Under the pieces are notes generated by a model that ran no database searches, was not told where the DNA came from, and saw only the letters and a program-made list of their open reading frames with translations. Both the position numbers and the translations under genes were made by a program. DNA of 64,000 nt. It comes from Lama guanicoe. Lineage: Eukaryota. The stretch spans positions 1,180,001 through 1,244,000 of the forward strand of contig MU054117.1 of NCBI GenBank assembly GCA_013239625.1. Direction: 5' to 3'. Below, piece after piece: positions 12,640 to 24,876 of the stretch (within the stretch, counting starts at the first letter, position 1; every line of letters begins with the position of its first letter).

Positions 12640-14170
12640 TAAACAAGGTCCACAGCCAGAGGGAAAGGCACCTACCCGTGCCCAGGGCGGGCTCTCCGTA
12701 GAAGCCCAGACCCGCTGAGGCCGGCGAGCAGCAGCCTCCAGAGGCGAACACCCACACACGCAGCCCAGAGCGGTCCCAGAAACCCGGCCCAGGACGCGGG
12801 CAACGGCCGGAGAGGGGCGTCCCCGCCGAACGTGCTGGGCCGGGGCCCGAGCGGAGCCCACCCCGCAGTGCGGCCGGAGAGAAGCGCGGAGGGGCGCTGC
12901 GGAGAGCCGGGAGACCCGGGACTGAGGGGAGCGGGGGCCGGAGGGGAGCTGGGGTTGGCGGGACCTGGAGCCGGGAGACCCGGGACTTAGGGAGCCGCGG
13001 GCGAGCCAGGCGGTGGGCGCCGGCCCGGGGGTCAGGAGGGCCGACTGGGGGACGGACACGCGCGCTCCCCGCCCGCGGCGCTGCCGGGACACCCGCCCTC
13101 CGCCCCCAGCCCTCAGCCCCCAGCCAATGCCTGACCGACAGGGGGATTTAAAAGCCCAGCCCACTTGCTTCAGAGTGGACCCCAGTCTATGGTTGGATCC
13201 ACACTCCCCAACGGAGCCTCACCAGAGCTCGCCACGCGTCTCGGGATCCTCGGAACCGTGGCCGTCAGGAGCTGAGGGGAGCAGGGGGGCCGCCCGCTGC
13301 CGCCGCCGCCGCCGCCGCCACTGCCGCGACCCAGCGTCCCGGAGTCTATTTGCGCCGCCGCCGCCGTGACGCGAATCGCACGAGGCGGCTTTAGCCAATG
13401 AGCGCGCTCCTCTTGCGCAGCCGCGCTGGCCCAAGCCGGAAGCGTCCGGCCCTCCGCTCCCGGGCCTGGTGCAAGTTGGGAGCCGCGGGTGGGTCCGGAA
13501 CCCGAACGAGCGGCGCCCCGCGCCCCGGGACACGGAAGTCCTTTCGCCTCCCTCACACCGGAAGCGGGAACCGGTGCATCGGAAGAGGCGGGGCCTCCCG
13601 GCTCAGGGACGCTTCCCGGTCTCTATGGATACGGTTTACACGCCTCAGCGTCGCGGGTGGAGTCTTCGGACCGAAATCCCGAGCGTCACCCCGCTCTTGC
13701 CCGAGACTGATCTGTGCCCCACGACTCCCCAAAACGAGTGTGAGCCCGCTGCTCTGTGTAACTCAGGGCGACTTTTGAAGTGGTTCAGTGGAGCAGCAGA
13801 AACGAATTCAGCGATAAATCCTGCGTCCACTTACCCAGACGAGCGACCTTCTCCTTGCGACGTTCGGTTGAGCTCTCACCTCTTAGAAACTAGGGTCGGG
13901 TTTGATTGCATACTTACCGAATGAGAGAGAAGTCGGGTCGGCCGGTGTGGGAAGTGCTGTCTTCGCCTTCGGCTCTGAGAGGGACTGACCGCGCTCGGCC
14001 AGGCCAAACTCTGGTCATAGTGGCCAAAGGAAACCCGCGAGCTTTCGAGGACGCCTACGCCCCAGGCTTGCGCCTCCCTTGGACCGCAGCAGGAGGGAAA
14101 GAGGAGGCCGGAAAGCGTCACATACCACATAACGAAAGACCTGGGCCTGGGGGTGGGGGGCACGGGGGCA
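12640..14170. promoter_or_regulatory. ADIPOR2: CpG-island housekeeping promoter, most likely ADIPOR2
   Basis: Dense CpG; CCAAT box (agccaatga 13393-13401); several ETS/GABP CGGAA sites (about 13436, 13533, 13558, 13580); GCC repeats. Gene identity is inferred from the conserved mammalian order WNT5B then ADIPOR2 on the same strand; no ADIPOR2 coding sequence lies in the window. Confidence 0.75.
13223..13370 (-). other. ADIPOR2: Candidate non-coding exon 1 of ADIPOR2
   Basis: Lies just downstream (minus strand) of the CCAAT/ETS cluster; GGC-repeat-rich; ends at candidate donor CTG|GTGAGG (GT at 13222-13221). The AT-rich, repeat-rich sequence at 1-12.6 kb looks intronic. Confidence 0.5.
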
Positions 14171-15034
14171 NNNNNNNNNNNNNNNNNNNNNNNNNNNNNN
14201 NNNNNNNNNNNNNNNNNNNNNNNNNNNNNNNNNNNNNNNNNNNNNNNNNNNNNNNNNNNNNNNNNNNNNNNNNNNNNNNNNNNNNNNNNNNNNNNNNNNN
14301 NNNNNNNNNNNNNNNNNNNNNNNNNNNNNNNNNNNNNNNNNNNNNNNNNNNNNNNNNNNNNNNNNNNNNNNNNNNNNNNNNNNNNNNNNNNNNNNNNNNN
14401 NNNNNNNNNNNNNNNNNNNNNNNNNNNNNNNNNNNNNNNNNNNNNNNNNNNNNNNNNNNNNNNNNNNNNNNNNNNNNNNNNNNNNNNNNNNNNNNNNNNN
14501 NNNNNNNNNNNNNNNNNNNNNNNNNNNNNNNNNNNNNNNNNNNNNNNNNNNNNNNNNNNNNNNNNNNNNNNNNNNNNNNNNNNNNNNNNNNNNNNNNNNN
14601 NNNNNNNNNNNNNNNNNNNNNNNNNNNNNNNNNNNNNNNNNNNNNNNNNNNNNNNNNNNNNNNNNNNNNNNNNNNNNNNNNNNNNNNNNNNNNNNNNNNN
14701 NNNNNNNNNNNNNNNNNNNNNNNNNNNNNNNNNNNNNNNNNNNNNNNNNNNNNNNNNNNNNNNNNNNNNNNNNNNNNNNNNNNNNNNNNNNNNNNNNNNN
14801 NNNNNNNNNNNNNNNNNNNNNNNNNNNNNNNNNNNNNNNNNNNNNNNNNNNNNNNNNNNNNNNNNNNNNNNNNNNNNNNNNNNNNNNNNNNNNNNNNNNN
14901 NNNNNNNNNNNNNNNNNNNNNNNNNNNNNNNNNNNNNNNNNNNNNNNNNNNNNNNNNNNNNNNNNNNNNNNNNNNNNNNNNNNNNNNNNNNNNNNNNNNN
15001 NNNNNNNNNNNNNNNNNNNNNNNNNNNNNNNNNN
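14171..15034. other. Assembly gap (864 N) flanked by GGGGGCAC repeat units
   Basis: Run of N; gggggcac units on both sides. Confidence 0.99.
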
Positions 15035-16399
15035 ACGGGGGCACGGGGGCACGAGGTCCTGGGTTTAATCCCCAGTGCCTGTGGGGGTGGGGGTCACTAA
15101 AATCAGAAAGCGCATGAGTAAGATGGTCTTAATACTGGTATCTTAGAACTAACTCCACCCAATTAAGCTCGAAAGAGATGAGATCAAGGCGGACAACCAC
15201 ACACGTCTGCAGCACGTCAGAAACAACACGAGCGTGTGTGCACAGCGACCTGACCCAGGACACCAAGTCACACAGGGCAAAGATGAGCACAGGGCCCATA
15301 GGCTGAATAAGAGGTCCAGTGAAGACACCAGGGATGCATAAACACAGCCTGTTCAAAGATCTCAAACCTTTTCTGCAGCCTTTCGGTGAAGGTTGACAAA
15401 AGCTTTGACAAAGTGCTGTACTCCTGGACGCTTCCCCTGAAACAGTCCTTTGGGGGCTAAAATACGTGTGAAAGAATCCTTTTCCCACCGAGATTTCACC
15501 TCCCACTCCCTGTCATCTAAACCCATCCCCACATCACTACCACCAGTTCCTCGTGCTCCCGATGGAGAAACAAGCCACATCACTTCCTCAGAATGCTCAC
15601 ACCTTCTCAGCTAATGAAGATGATGCCACCACCCCAGGCCTGAGGGACAGTTCCTTGAGTGTCACATCCGTGGATGGCTTCACCTATCTCTCTTACCCTA
15701 AGGTCACCATTAAATGTTCCAAAGCAGATTTTTCAGGCCTCTCTCCCCAGCTGTACTTCAGTTACTGACCTTTATATGTTGTCTTCTGACTAGCCGTCCA
15801 ACAACCAAGGGAGGGCAATTCAGTAAAATTCTGCATCCTCAGTATCAGCTTGGAGGTTTAAAATCTTTGTTCTCCCTATTCCGAGGATGTCACACTTCTC
15901 CACAGGAGGGTGGAGTACTTCCTCTCCAACAGCACCCAGAAAAGGGTCCTGTCCAACACTACTCCCCAGACTAGTCACCACCAACAGTGGCCTGTGGCAC
16001 AGCCAGTCTTATGTGGTCATCTCTACAATTATCACAGGTTGTTGACAAGAAACTCGTCCCTGGGTGACGAATCTTCATAACTCAGTTGGGGCCATCCCAG
16101 AATGAGGCGTCAGTGATGCTGCAGTATGTACCTGAGATGGTGATGCTGGACTTGCTCTGGGGACAGACTCAGCCTGCATTGTGATGTTACGTCAACAGCC
16201 AATGGGAACTGAAGAGGTATCCCCAGCGACAAGGAAGCAAAGGTGCAGCTTTCAAATTCTAAACAGTAAAGAAAGGCCTCTAGGCCCCATTGTGAATTTA
16301 AGCTCGAGGTCACAATTGGTTTTGTTGCTTCTCCTATAACGAAAAGAGAAGTTATTTCATTTATTATTTTTCTTTCTTTTTAAATTTTTTCCTTGGATA

Positions 16400-16547
16400 G
16401 TCTTTTTTGAGATGAATTTTATTTTTTATTTAATTATTTGTGGGAAGAGGTAATTAGACTTTTTTTTAAATGGAGGTGCTGGGGATTGAACCCATGACCT
16501 CAGGTATACTAAGCACACAGTCTGTCACTGAGCTATACCCGCCCCCA
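16400..16547 (-). mobile_element. tRNA-Ala-derived SINE
   Basis: Reverse complement: ggaggtgctggggattgaaccc...ctgagctatacc. Confidence 0.85.
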
Positions 16548-16914
16548 TTTATTGTTTTTCTAATCAGAGCAATTTCTATTTTTACAATGAAAAAAAGACA
16601 AATTATTCTGTCTACAGCTGTTCAAAAAAAATTACAAAGGGAAATTAACATCTTCATTATTACAAAATGCTTAAAACCAACCTAAACTCTTTTCTCTGCC
16701 AATATCTATAAGCTTTTGAAATATAAACATTAGAACCAAGGGGGAAAATCTGGGCAAAGTGGAAGATTAACTGTAAAAAAAGATAAGCCTAGAGAAAAAG
16801 AGCACGGAATATTAAATCAGTCCCTGTGTTCGTCTCATATGTATGTTGTAGGGGAGAAAAAATTTCTTTCTACCCGCTTAGGTTCTGTGGCTGGCCTAAG
16901 CATTAAGCTGACAT

Positions 16915-17367
16915 TGTTACAGAAATGACAGGCCAGTCAAGAAACAAGCACCACTCAGAGGGTTGGAGTACTCAGATGTATTACGCCGGCGGGCTCAGAG
17001 GGGCTTCTGCTCCGAAGCTCTGAGCACTTTCAAGATGTGCACAGGAGGTTTTATAGGGTAAAGTACAAGCTTGGGGTATTCGGCCAATAGGCATGGAACA
17101 GCTTTAGCAGCATTATCATCACAAAAGTGGAGGCAGGGAGGCAGCAAACCAACATTCCAAAGCCAGATATGTATCTTTGAAAACCCAGCTGGCTAGCAAA
17201 AAAACATGAACAGCAAACCAACACTAATTAACCTAGATTTACAAGTTAGTCTAGCAGAACTCAGATCAGTATTCCAATACTTAGATTTGTGAGTTATCTT
17301 GTTAGCCCAGCCCAGCCTCTCCTTCACATTCCTAGACTTGTTAGACCAGCCCCGCTTTTCCTTCACA
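16915..17367 (-). mobile_element. Solo LTR copy A (younger ERV1 family)
   Basis: TGTTAC...TTCACA termini; perfect 4-bp TSD ACAT (16911-16914 / 17368-17371). Confidence 0.85.
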
Positions 17368-17616
17368 ACATAAGACATTAACAAGAGAAAAGCTTACAAA
17401 TATATATAATGTTTTTACAGGCACACAGGAGTGAACAAGCCCTGAAGAAGCCATTAGAGCCAAGCGCTTATATATCTTTTTACACAAAGGACAAAAAATT
17501 GTGGGTGTGTGACAAGACAAAGGGGTTGTACTGTCAGCAGTAAACTGGAGGACCTATGGGTGAAACTAGCAGAAGGGTGGGCGTCCTTTAGTAGGTCTGG
17601 TCCATTGGGTTCTGAT

Positions 17617-17984
17617 TGTTACGGAAACGACAGGCCAACCAAGAAACAAGCACCACTCGGAGGGCTGGAGTACTCAGATTTATTACACTGGCGGGCTCAG
17701 AGGGGCTTCTGCTCCGAAACTCTGAGCACCTCCAAGACGTGCGCATGAGGTTTTATGGGGTTAATTACAAGCTGGGGGTATTTGGCCAATTGGCATGGAA
17801 CAGCTTTAGCAGCATCATTATCACAGAAGTAGAGGCAGGGAGGCAGCAGACCAACATTTCAAGCCCAGATACTATGTCTCTCTGAAAATTCAGCTGGCTA
17901 GCAAAAAACACGAGCAGGGAATCAGCAAATCGATACTTATTAACTTCGATTTACAAGTTAGCCCAGCCCGGCTTTTCCTTCACA
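17617..17984 (-). mobile_element. Solo LTR copy B, same family as copy A
   Basis: TGTTAC...TTCACA; perfect TSD TGAT (17613-17616 / 17985-17988); minus-strand AATAAA; highly similar to copy A. Confidence 0.85.
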
Positions 17985-18020
17985 TGATCAACTCCCAGCC
18001 TCTGATGCTAAGAATGTTCT

Positions 18021-18103
18021 ACCAAATCATCATGTTGTACACCTTAAATTTATACAACGTTCAATGTCAGTTATATCTCAGTAAAGTGGGGAGGGGGAAA
18101 AAA
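18021..18103 (+). mobile_element. Truncated L1 3' tail
   Basis: atgttgtacaccttaaatttatac...tatatctcagtaaag + A-tail; TSD aagaatgttct (18010-18020 / 18104-18114). Confidence 0.85.
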
Positions 18104-18984
18104 AAGAATGTTCTCTTCCTGGTACAAGGAGTTACCTTTTCCGTGGGAAGTATTATGACCTGCTTTTAGGTAGAAAGGAGGAGGACAGAGAGCCCTTCCT
18201 GTATCTGCTGTTCCCAAGTGCCCTCGGCTCAAAATAATCCAGATGCCAAAGTGGCATATTTGGGGTTGTGTGATCTGAATCCTTTCAGTGTAAAACAGAT
18301 AGTCAAATGAAGCCAGCTAATTGGACTCTGAAGCATTGGGACTGGATGGGCATTAGCTGCTTTGAAACTAATCTAGTCATCTCTACAGCAAAATTAGAGG
18401 GGCTTACATAAATGTCTGTATCCTGGCTTAACTGCATTGAAACTGATATCAAATTGCTATACTGATTTTTAAAAATCACATTAATCTTGTATTGGAAAGT
18501 TTCCATGGAGTTCAGTTTAAACAGTTAGAGAAACATCACAACACACTAAATTCCCATCTGTCTCGTGTTGTGGGACAAAGAACTCAGGACAAAGTAGTGC
18601 CAAGCTTCTTGTAACTGCGTAAATTACACTGGCAACTCCTCCGATGCCGGGGAGGTAACGCGGCTCTGGGGAATGAGCCTGAGAGCTTCCTGCCCAGCTG
18701 TGCTGCTGACTCAGGTCCAACTGCGGTCCGCGCGTTAGCCCTCACCGGCTCAGGCGTCTTCATCAATGAAGTGAAGATGCCCGTCCATGCATTTTTGAAA
18801 TGGACAGAAAGGAAACACCCTGCCCGTGGGAAGGGGTAGAAAGGAGGTCTGGGAACTAAGAAGACGTCATCTCGATCAGTAATATGTTCATTCCGTCTGT
18901 AAGAGAAAACATAAAGCAAATGACAAAATGCTAAACTTGTATTAATCCTGGGCAATGTGGACCTGGACGTGTGTGAGCGTTTTT

Positions 18985-21185
18985 TCTAAACAGCTTTGCA
19001 GTTCATAAAGATAGGCTTCGTTGACGTTTACATGCAATAAGATGCACCCGTTTTTTGTGTATAAACGAATTCCTCCCATCAAGTTAATTAACATATCCAC
19101 ACCTCTGTATTAACTTTTTTTTTTTTTGGTGAGAACATTTAAGTTCTACTCTCCTAGCAAATTTCACTTATGCAATCCAATGTTATCAACCATAGTCACC
19201 ACGTTTCACATTAGATCCTCACACTTACTCCTCTTACAGCTGAACATCTGTGCCCTTTCACCACTCTCTCCCTACATCCCCACCCCGAGCCCCTGGAACC
19301 CAGTCTCCTATGGCCTTTATTAGGCTGAAGTGTATTTCCCCCATACCAAGTTTGTTGAGAGTTTTTATCACGAAAGGATGCTGAATTTTGTTCGTTGCTG
19401 CTTCTGCATCTATTGAGATGATCATACGGTTTTTACCCTTCATTCTGTCAATGTGGTCTATCACATTGGTTAATCTGTGAATGTTGAGCCATCCTTGCCT
19501 CGTTGGAATAAATAACTCTTTTAATGTACAGCTGAATTTGGTTTGCTTGTATTTTGTTGAGGATTTTTGCATCTATGTTCATTCTGGATACTGGCTTATA
19601 ATTTTCCCCTGCAGTGTCCTTGTCTGGCTTTGGTATCAGGGTGATGCTGGCTTTGTAAAATGAGCTTGGAAGTGTTCCCTCTTCTTCTGTTTCTTCGGAA
19701 GAGTTTAAAAAGGACCGGTACTAATTCTTCTTTAAATGTTAGAATGATCCAGTGAAACCATCTAGTTTGTTGAGAGGTTTTGATTACTCATTCAGTCTCC
19801 TTGCTAATAATCGGTGTGTTCAGATTTTCGTATTTCTTCATGATTCAGTCTTGGCAGGCTGTACGTTTCTAGGAATTTATCCACTTCTTCCAGGTTGTCC
19901 CATAAGTTGTTGTATAATTGTTCGTAGAAGTCTCATGAGCCTTTGTATTTGTGTGGAATCAGTAGAAACGTCTCCTCTTTAATTTATAATTTTGAGTCCA
20001 CTCTCTTTTTTTTTGGAAAGTCTGCCTAAAACTTGTCTATTTTGTTTATCTTTTCAAAAAACCAGTGCTTAGTTTCACTGATCTTTTCTGCTGACTTTTA
20101 GTCTTTATGTCACTTATTTTCACGCTGATCTTTCCTATTTTCTTCCTTCTGCTAACTTGGGGCTTCGTTTGTTCTTTTTCCAGCTCCCTCAGGTGGAAAG
20201 CTAGGTTGCTTAATTCGAATTCTATTTTCTTAATGTAGGTGTTTATCGCTATAAACGTCCCTCTTGGAACTGCTTTTGCTGCACTGTGTAAGTTTTGATA
20301 TGTTTTGTTTCCATTTTCATTTGTCTCAAGATATTTTTTAATTTCTGATTTCTTCTTTGACCCCTTGGCTGCTCATTAGCATGTTGTTTAATGTACCCAG
20401 AAAGGTTTGGATTTGCCATGTTGTGTGCTGTTTCTAGATGTTTTGTAATTTCTTTGTTGTTTTCCAGATGTTTTGTAATTTCTTTGTTCCTCTCCTGTCT
20501 CCTCCTTTGTGATCCGATAACTTTCTCTGGTGGTATGTTTTGATTTAGTTTCTCTTTCTCTTGTTTATTAATTGAAGTACTGTTGATTTACAATGTTGTG
20601 GTAATTTCCAGTGTACAGCATAGTGATTCAGTTACACGTATATATTCTTTTTCATTATAAGTTATTTCTCTTTGTCTTTTGTGTGTCTACTATAGGTTTT
20701 TGTTTTGTGGTTACCATGTGGCTTACATAAAACTTCTATAACCTGCTGTTTTAAGCTGATAACAACTTAGCTTCAAACATATAAAAACTCTGCACTTTTA
20801 CTTCTCCTTATATTTCATATGATTGATATCAAAATTTACATCTAAATATGTGTAGATGCGAAGCCTTACCCTCAGGTAAGCAGCAGCTTCAAAGTGTGCG
20901 AATGGACCCCTTTCAGGGAAAGACTGGGAGACACCGGCTTCCTCTGCTCTAGGCCCTGGAGGAGAACCAGGCAATGACTGCTTCTGTGTTTGCCAAAATC
21001 TTGTGGGTCTTGTGGGTGGAAGCCTTACCGCTTTCAGAGCTAGGTGTTTCAGGGCCTCATCCCTTGAAAGGGAGGCTTAAAAGGTGGGTACTAAATGTCA
21101 GGCTTTGTTCCTCAGAGAGAAGCTGGGAATTCAGGGTTCGCTCCCACTGCAGGCGCTGTGCTGGGGGTGGGGCTCATGGTGACAG
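18985..21185 (-). mobile_element. Fragmented L1 (3' UTR pieces and ORF2 including the start of the RT region)
   Basis: Minus-strand translation [38 protein letters not shown] is L1 ORF2 RT; several fragments. Confidence 0.9.
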
Positions 21186-21827
21186 TGAGACAGGAGGGAA
21201 GGGGGCAGGGCACAGCCACTCAAGGAAGCACAGCAATTTCACACCAAAATGGCAGATTCAACTCCCAGTTGGCCTTGAGGATTAAGAGGTTTAACTTCTA
21301 GCAGACCTTCAGCTTCGTTATATACGCTCACTGTAACAGCGTGATAAACAACATGCCTGCAGGCACCGTGACAGCCCCAGGGCTGACCGCAAAAGGCCAA
21401 AGAACGGGCTTGGCCCAGTCCCTGGGAATGCCAGCCCCTTCCCCAGGGCGGTTGGATTGATCCCACCTGTAGGCGTGTGAAGCTACTGAGCCCAGAAGAA
21501 CTGGCTACACCGCGCCTAGTGGCCTTTCTCGCTCCGTCCCCTTCGGAGACGCCCGCACTCTTCTGTGTGTCTCTGCGGCGTGTGCGCCTGCTTTCACTCT
21601 GACCTGAGCACCCAGCCCCCACACCTCTTTCCTGGCCTTTTTCTTGCCTTACACTCTATGCAGCGCGTCTCTCTCTAAACAAATCTACCTTAACTCAACG
21701 GTGGCCTGCACCTGAATTCTTTCCTGTGCGAAGCCAAGGACCCACACCCGGCGGGGCACGTCCCAGGGGCTCAGCCGAGACCTGGGACTTGGCCCTCCTC
21801 ACGCCCCACACCCGTTTTCCTGCATCA
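21186..21827 (+). mobile_element. Solo ERV LTR
   Basis: TGAGAC...GCATCA termini; near-TSD acag/gcag; gaattctttcctgtgcgaagccaaggaccc U5-like motif. Confidence 0.7.
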
Positions 21828-21919
21828 GCAGTGTGTCTCAGCCTTTCCTGCCCATTTGAGTGTGTTTTCTCGTTGGCCTGAAGTGCAGTCTCTGGACCTC
21901 CTTAAGAGGTAACCTTCCT

Positions 21920-24240
21920 TCTTAATCTTGTAAGGGGTCACAGGTGACCCATGACCCACTACTTGCCTGTACTTGTAGATGTGGATTTTATAAACTGTCA
22001 ATAATACATCATTTGACATGGCCAAGGCAGGGGTCTTTTGGCACTCCAAAACTAATTTTTGCGCACACAGAGAGAGCCAGCAGAAGGTAAGTCCTTACTA
22101 CGTCAGTCAGACTCCTGGGTCCCTGAACAAGAGTGGTAAGAGTTTTTCTCTTTTCTAAAATTATACTAGCAGGAGAAAATATTTATAGGGCTAGCTCCAT
22201 GGATCCTTTGGCTTGGAAATACTTCTAAATTGTTCAAATTTCAGAGCACCCTCATCTTGATACTACTGTGCCTTTTACAGTCGGTATGCAGAAGGCCCAA
22301 AAGTCTTCAAAACTCCCAGACAGGCTCAGAGAAGGGTGTGCTGCAGAGGCGAATGAAATACTGATGACGTAGCAGGTCCCTGAAACCACTGACGGTTGTC
22401 CGCCCTCGAGTCCTCATTCTCGTCACCCTCTGTCTGAATTTCCTTTCCACTCTGAGGACACTAGTCAATGGTTCCCTTTAGAAGTGGGGCCACTGGAGGC
22501 TGTAGGTGAGTGTCTTTAGATCCAAGGCCAAGAATCTCTTAAATCCAGGGATGGATTACCAAAATGGGGGAGGGGGGGAGGCACTCGTCTGGCTAAACTG
22601 GCTATAGCTGGTATTCAGAGCCTGATGGTAATTTGGGGGGGCCTTCTCCCCTAAGCTAAAGAAGGGACGTGAAACACTCCAGCAGAGTGAATGGGGTGTG
22701 TCGCTTCTTTACCATTAAGGCGGCCACCCAGCTCTTTGAGGAACTACAAAGGGCTGCCCTTGTTTTACAAATCTAGTCTTTCCAGGACCAGGGGTGTGGC
22801 TTCGGAAACGATTCAAAGCCCACCAACCCTTTTACCACTGTTGAGCCCTCCCCTATTTATCCTGCAAGGTTTCTAAAAAAATTCTGGCCTCAGGGGACCG
22901 CAGTTTCTCCTGGAGGGAGGTGCGTTTCTCCTCCTGTGCCTTTGAGATGCAAATACTCTACCTGGTCTTCTGGAAGTCTTAAGTCAGGCCATCTTTCAAA
23001 ATGTTCCTTTTAGGTAAGGCTTATCTAAAGGGGAAAACAAAAGGGGGATAGTAAGTAACCTGGAGCTTGACTAAAGGGTCAGACAGAAGGACTTAGCCAT
23101 CTAGACTGGTGACCCTGGCGTGCTCCACCTGCCAGAAGCCCAGTTTGAATCCAATCTCCTTTGTAACTGATGGGTTTTACCTTCCGCTACTTGATTCATG
23201 GCTGAAAGTTTGGAATGCAGTCTCCGCCCCTGTGTCTGTGTCTACGCGTGTGTGTTGTAGCTGCACGGCACTGCCACCATTCGCTTGCGAAAGAGCCCTG
23301 TTTAGTAGAGTTAAAGAAAATGAAGTGCTGATATGAACACTCAGCAACAATAAGAAACCATCCCAAGTGGGTTTCAGGTTCACGCGTTCTAGGGTTAACT
23401 AATGAACGAAAACAAGTGTCAGTTTGCTGGTTTCACAGATGCAGGCCTGTCTTTAGAGTCACCTACGTTAAACACAAGACTTCCGCTGTGCCTACGATCG
23501 GCAGGAATCAGGCTGAGAGAGCAGAAGCTCACTAACAAAATGGCTCCCCTGGTGCTAAGGCCGTTTTGCTGTCGGCTGATTCACGCTGGCACGCCTTGTG
23601 TTTCTTTCCGTTTACTTGCTCAACCGCTTTGCTAGATCAGCCCCCAACCTTCCCTATACATTCTTTACCCAGAGGCTGTGTTTCGGGAAGGTCACGGGCT
23701 GATGACCTCAGGAGAACAGACAGACCCTAGGTTTTCCATGACGCAGGATGGACTTATCAAGATTAAGAACACAGCACCCACAAGCCGCCCCGATTCTTAT
23801 CGCTTTTCTGTTCCATCCAGTTTTTCTATTAAACCTCAAGATCTCAACCCCAAGATGGATTCAGAGTCTCTAAGCTGTTAGCCTGCTGGGACTCCCCTTT
23901 GCCTGGCAAAGCAATAAATCTGCTCTTGTCTGATTCTCCCAAAACTCTGTCTCCAAGTCTGAATTCATTTTGGGGGGCACAGAGGCCAGTATTTTTGGCA
24001 CCAAAACTAGATCTTATTCCTGTTACAAAATTTGCCAGCAAGAAAAATTACATGTGGTGATGAAGCTGTTAGGTAAATAAAATAGAACTAAATGAGACAA
24101 GAGCTTTTAGGTAAATTCTTAGGAATAATTATGTTTTGGGAACATCTGTCTAAAACAGTCTCTCCAGATCTTGGTAACTTGAACTTTGGAGTTTTGCTAA
24201 ATTAAGTTAAATGACGAGAATTCATTGAGAACTTGTGTCC
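21920..24240 (+). mobile_element. Degenerate ERV internal (leader-like) sequence containing another LTR (about 23515-24000)
   Basis: ERV1-like non-coding internal text; the embedded segment has AATAAA at about 23913 and an LTR-like U5. Boundaries approximate. Confidence 0.55.
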
Positions 24241-24322
24241 TGGGCTACTGTCCTCTGTAAGACACTGGGTAAACCCTCCTCACGGGCCTTACCCCGTGCA
24301 TCTTCCCCTAGTCCCCAGTTAG

Positions 24323-24876
24323 TGAAGCCCAGCAGGACCCTGTGGGGTCCTCTCTGGTACGTACCCTTTCCATGGCCCCCATTTCTTGTCTGTAGGAAAT
24401 AGGCTCCATTCAGCCTCCCGGATCTTCCCTGAGCTCCAAAGGGCGGATTCAAACAGTTGCTAATTAGGGAAAGGAGGGAATGCAGAAAGAAAGGAGGGGC
24501 AGTCAAGAAACCATAAAGCAGGGTCCTGCTCCCCCCTCAAAGGACACACATAACAATATATCTTTGAGTTCTTCCACAGGAACTAAGATCTCCAGGTGGA
24601 GGGCCTCCCTGTTACCTCACCACCGACTAATCAGAGAAAGTCTGCACACAGTGGACGAGAAGGAAGACTGATACCCTCCCCGAAATGCGTTTCCCTTTAA
24701 AAACTTCCACGGTCCAGCAGACTCTTCAGAGGTGCTTCTTGGACATGAGTCTGCCTTCTCCCCAGGCTTCTGGACTCCTGAAAAAAGCAAACTTTCCTTT
24801 CCAACCAATACTTGTCTCTTGGCTTTTTGAGTATTGGCTTTTGAGGAGCCAGCAGCTAAACCTGAGTTCAGTAACA
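24323..24876 (+). mobile_element. Solo ERV1 LTR
   Basis: TGAAGC...GTAACA termini; perfect TSD TTAG (24319-24322 / 24877-24880). Confidence 0.85.

Larger units (their letters stand above)
16847..18287 (-). mobile_element. Older ERV1 LTR (MER34-like), host of three nested insertions
   Basis: Ends TGTAGGGG...CCTTTCA; the minus-strand start (ccccaaatatgccactttggca...ttattttgagc) is typical of MER34-group LTRs; near-TSD atgt/gtgt. The family name is tentative. Confidence 0.7.

Noticed and set aside
13906..15117. Long ORFs of 308-403 aa
   Set aside because: Artefacts of translating through the N gap.
15900..16320. Coding-like composition suggesting another pseudogene fragment
   Set aside because: Hand translation of the + frames gave nothing recognisable; it needs BLASTX.
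16915..17984. A miniature two-LTR provirus or CRISPR-like direct repeats
   Set aside because: Each copy has its own TSD and no PBS or internal region is evident; the DNA is mammalian and there is no repeat-spacer array.
20431..20488. About 30-bp tandem duplication (also short duplications at about 59126-59150 and 63730-63768)
   Set aside because: Ordinary slippage duplications with no sign of function.
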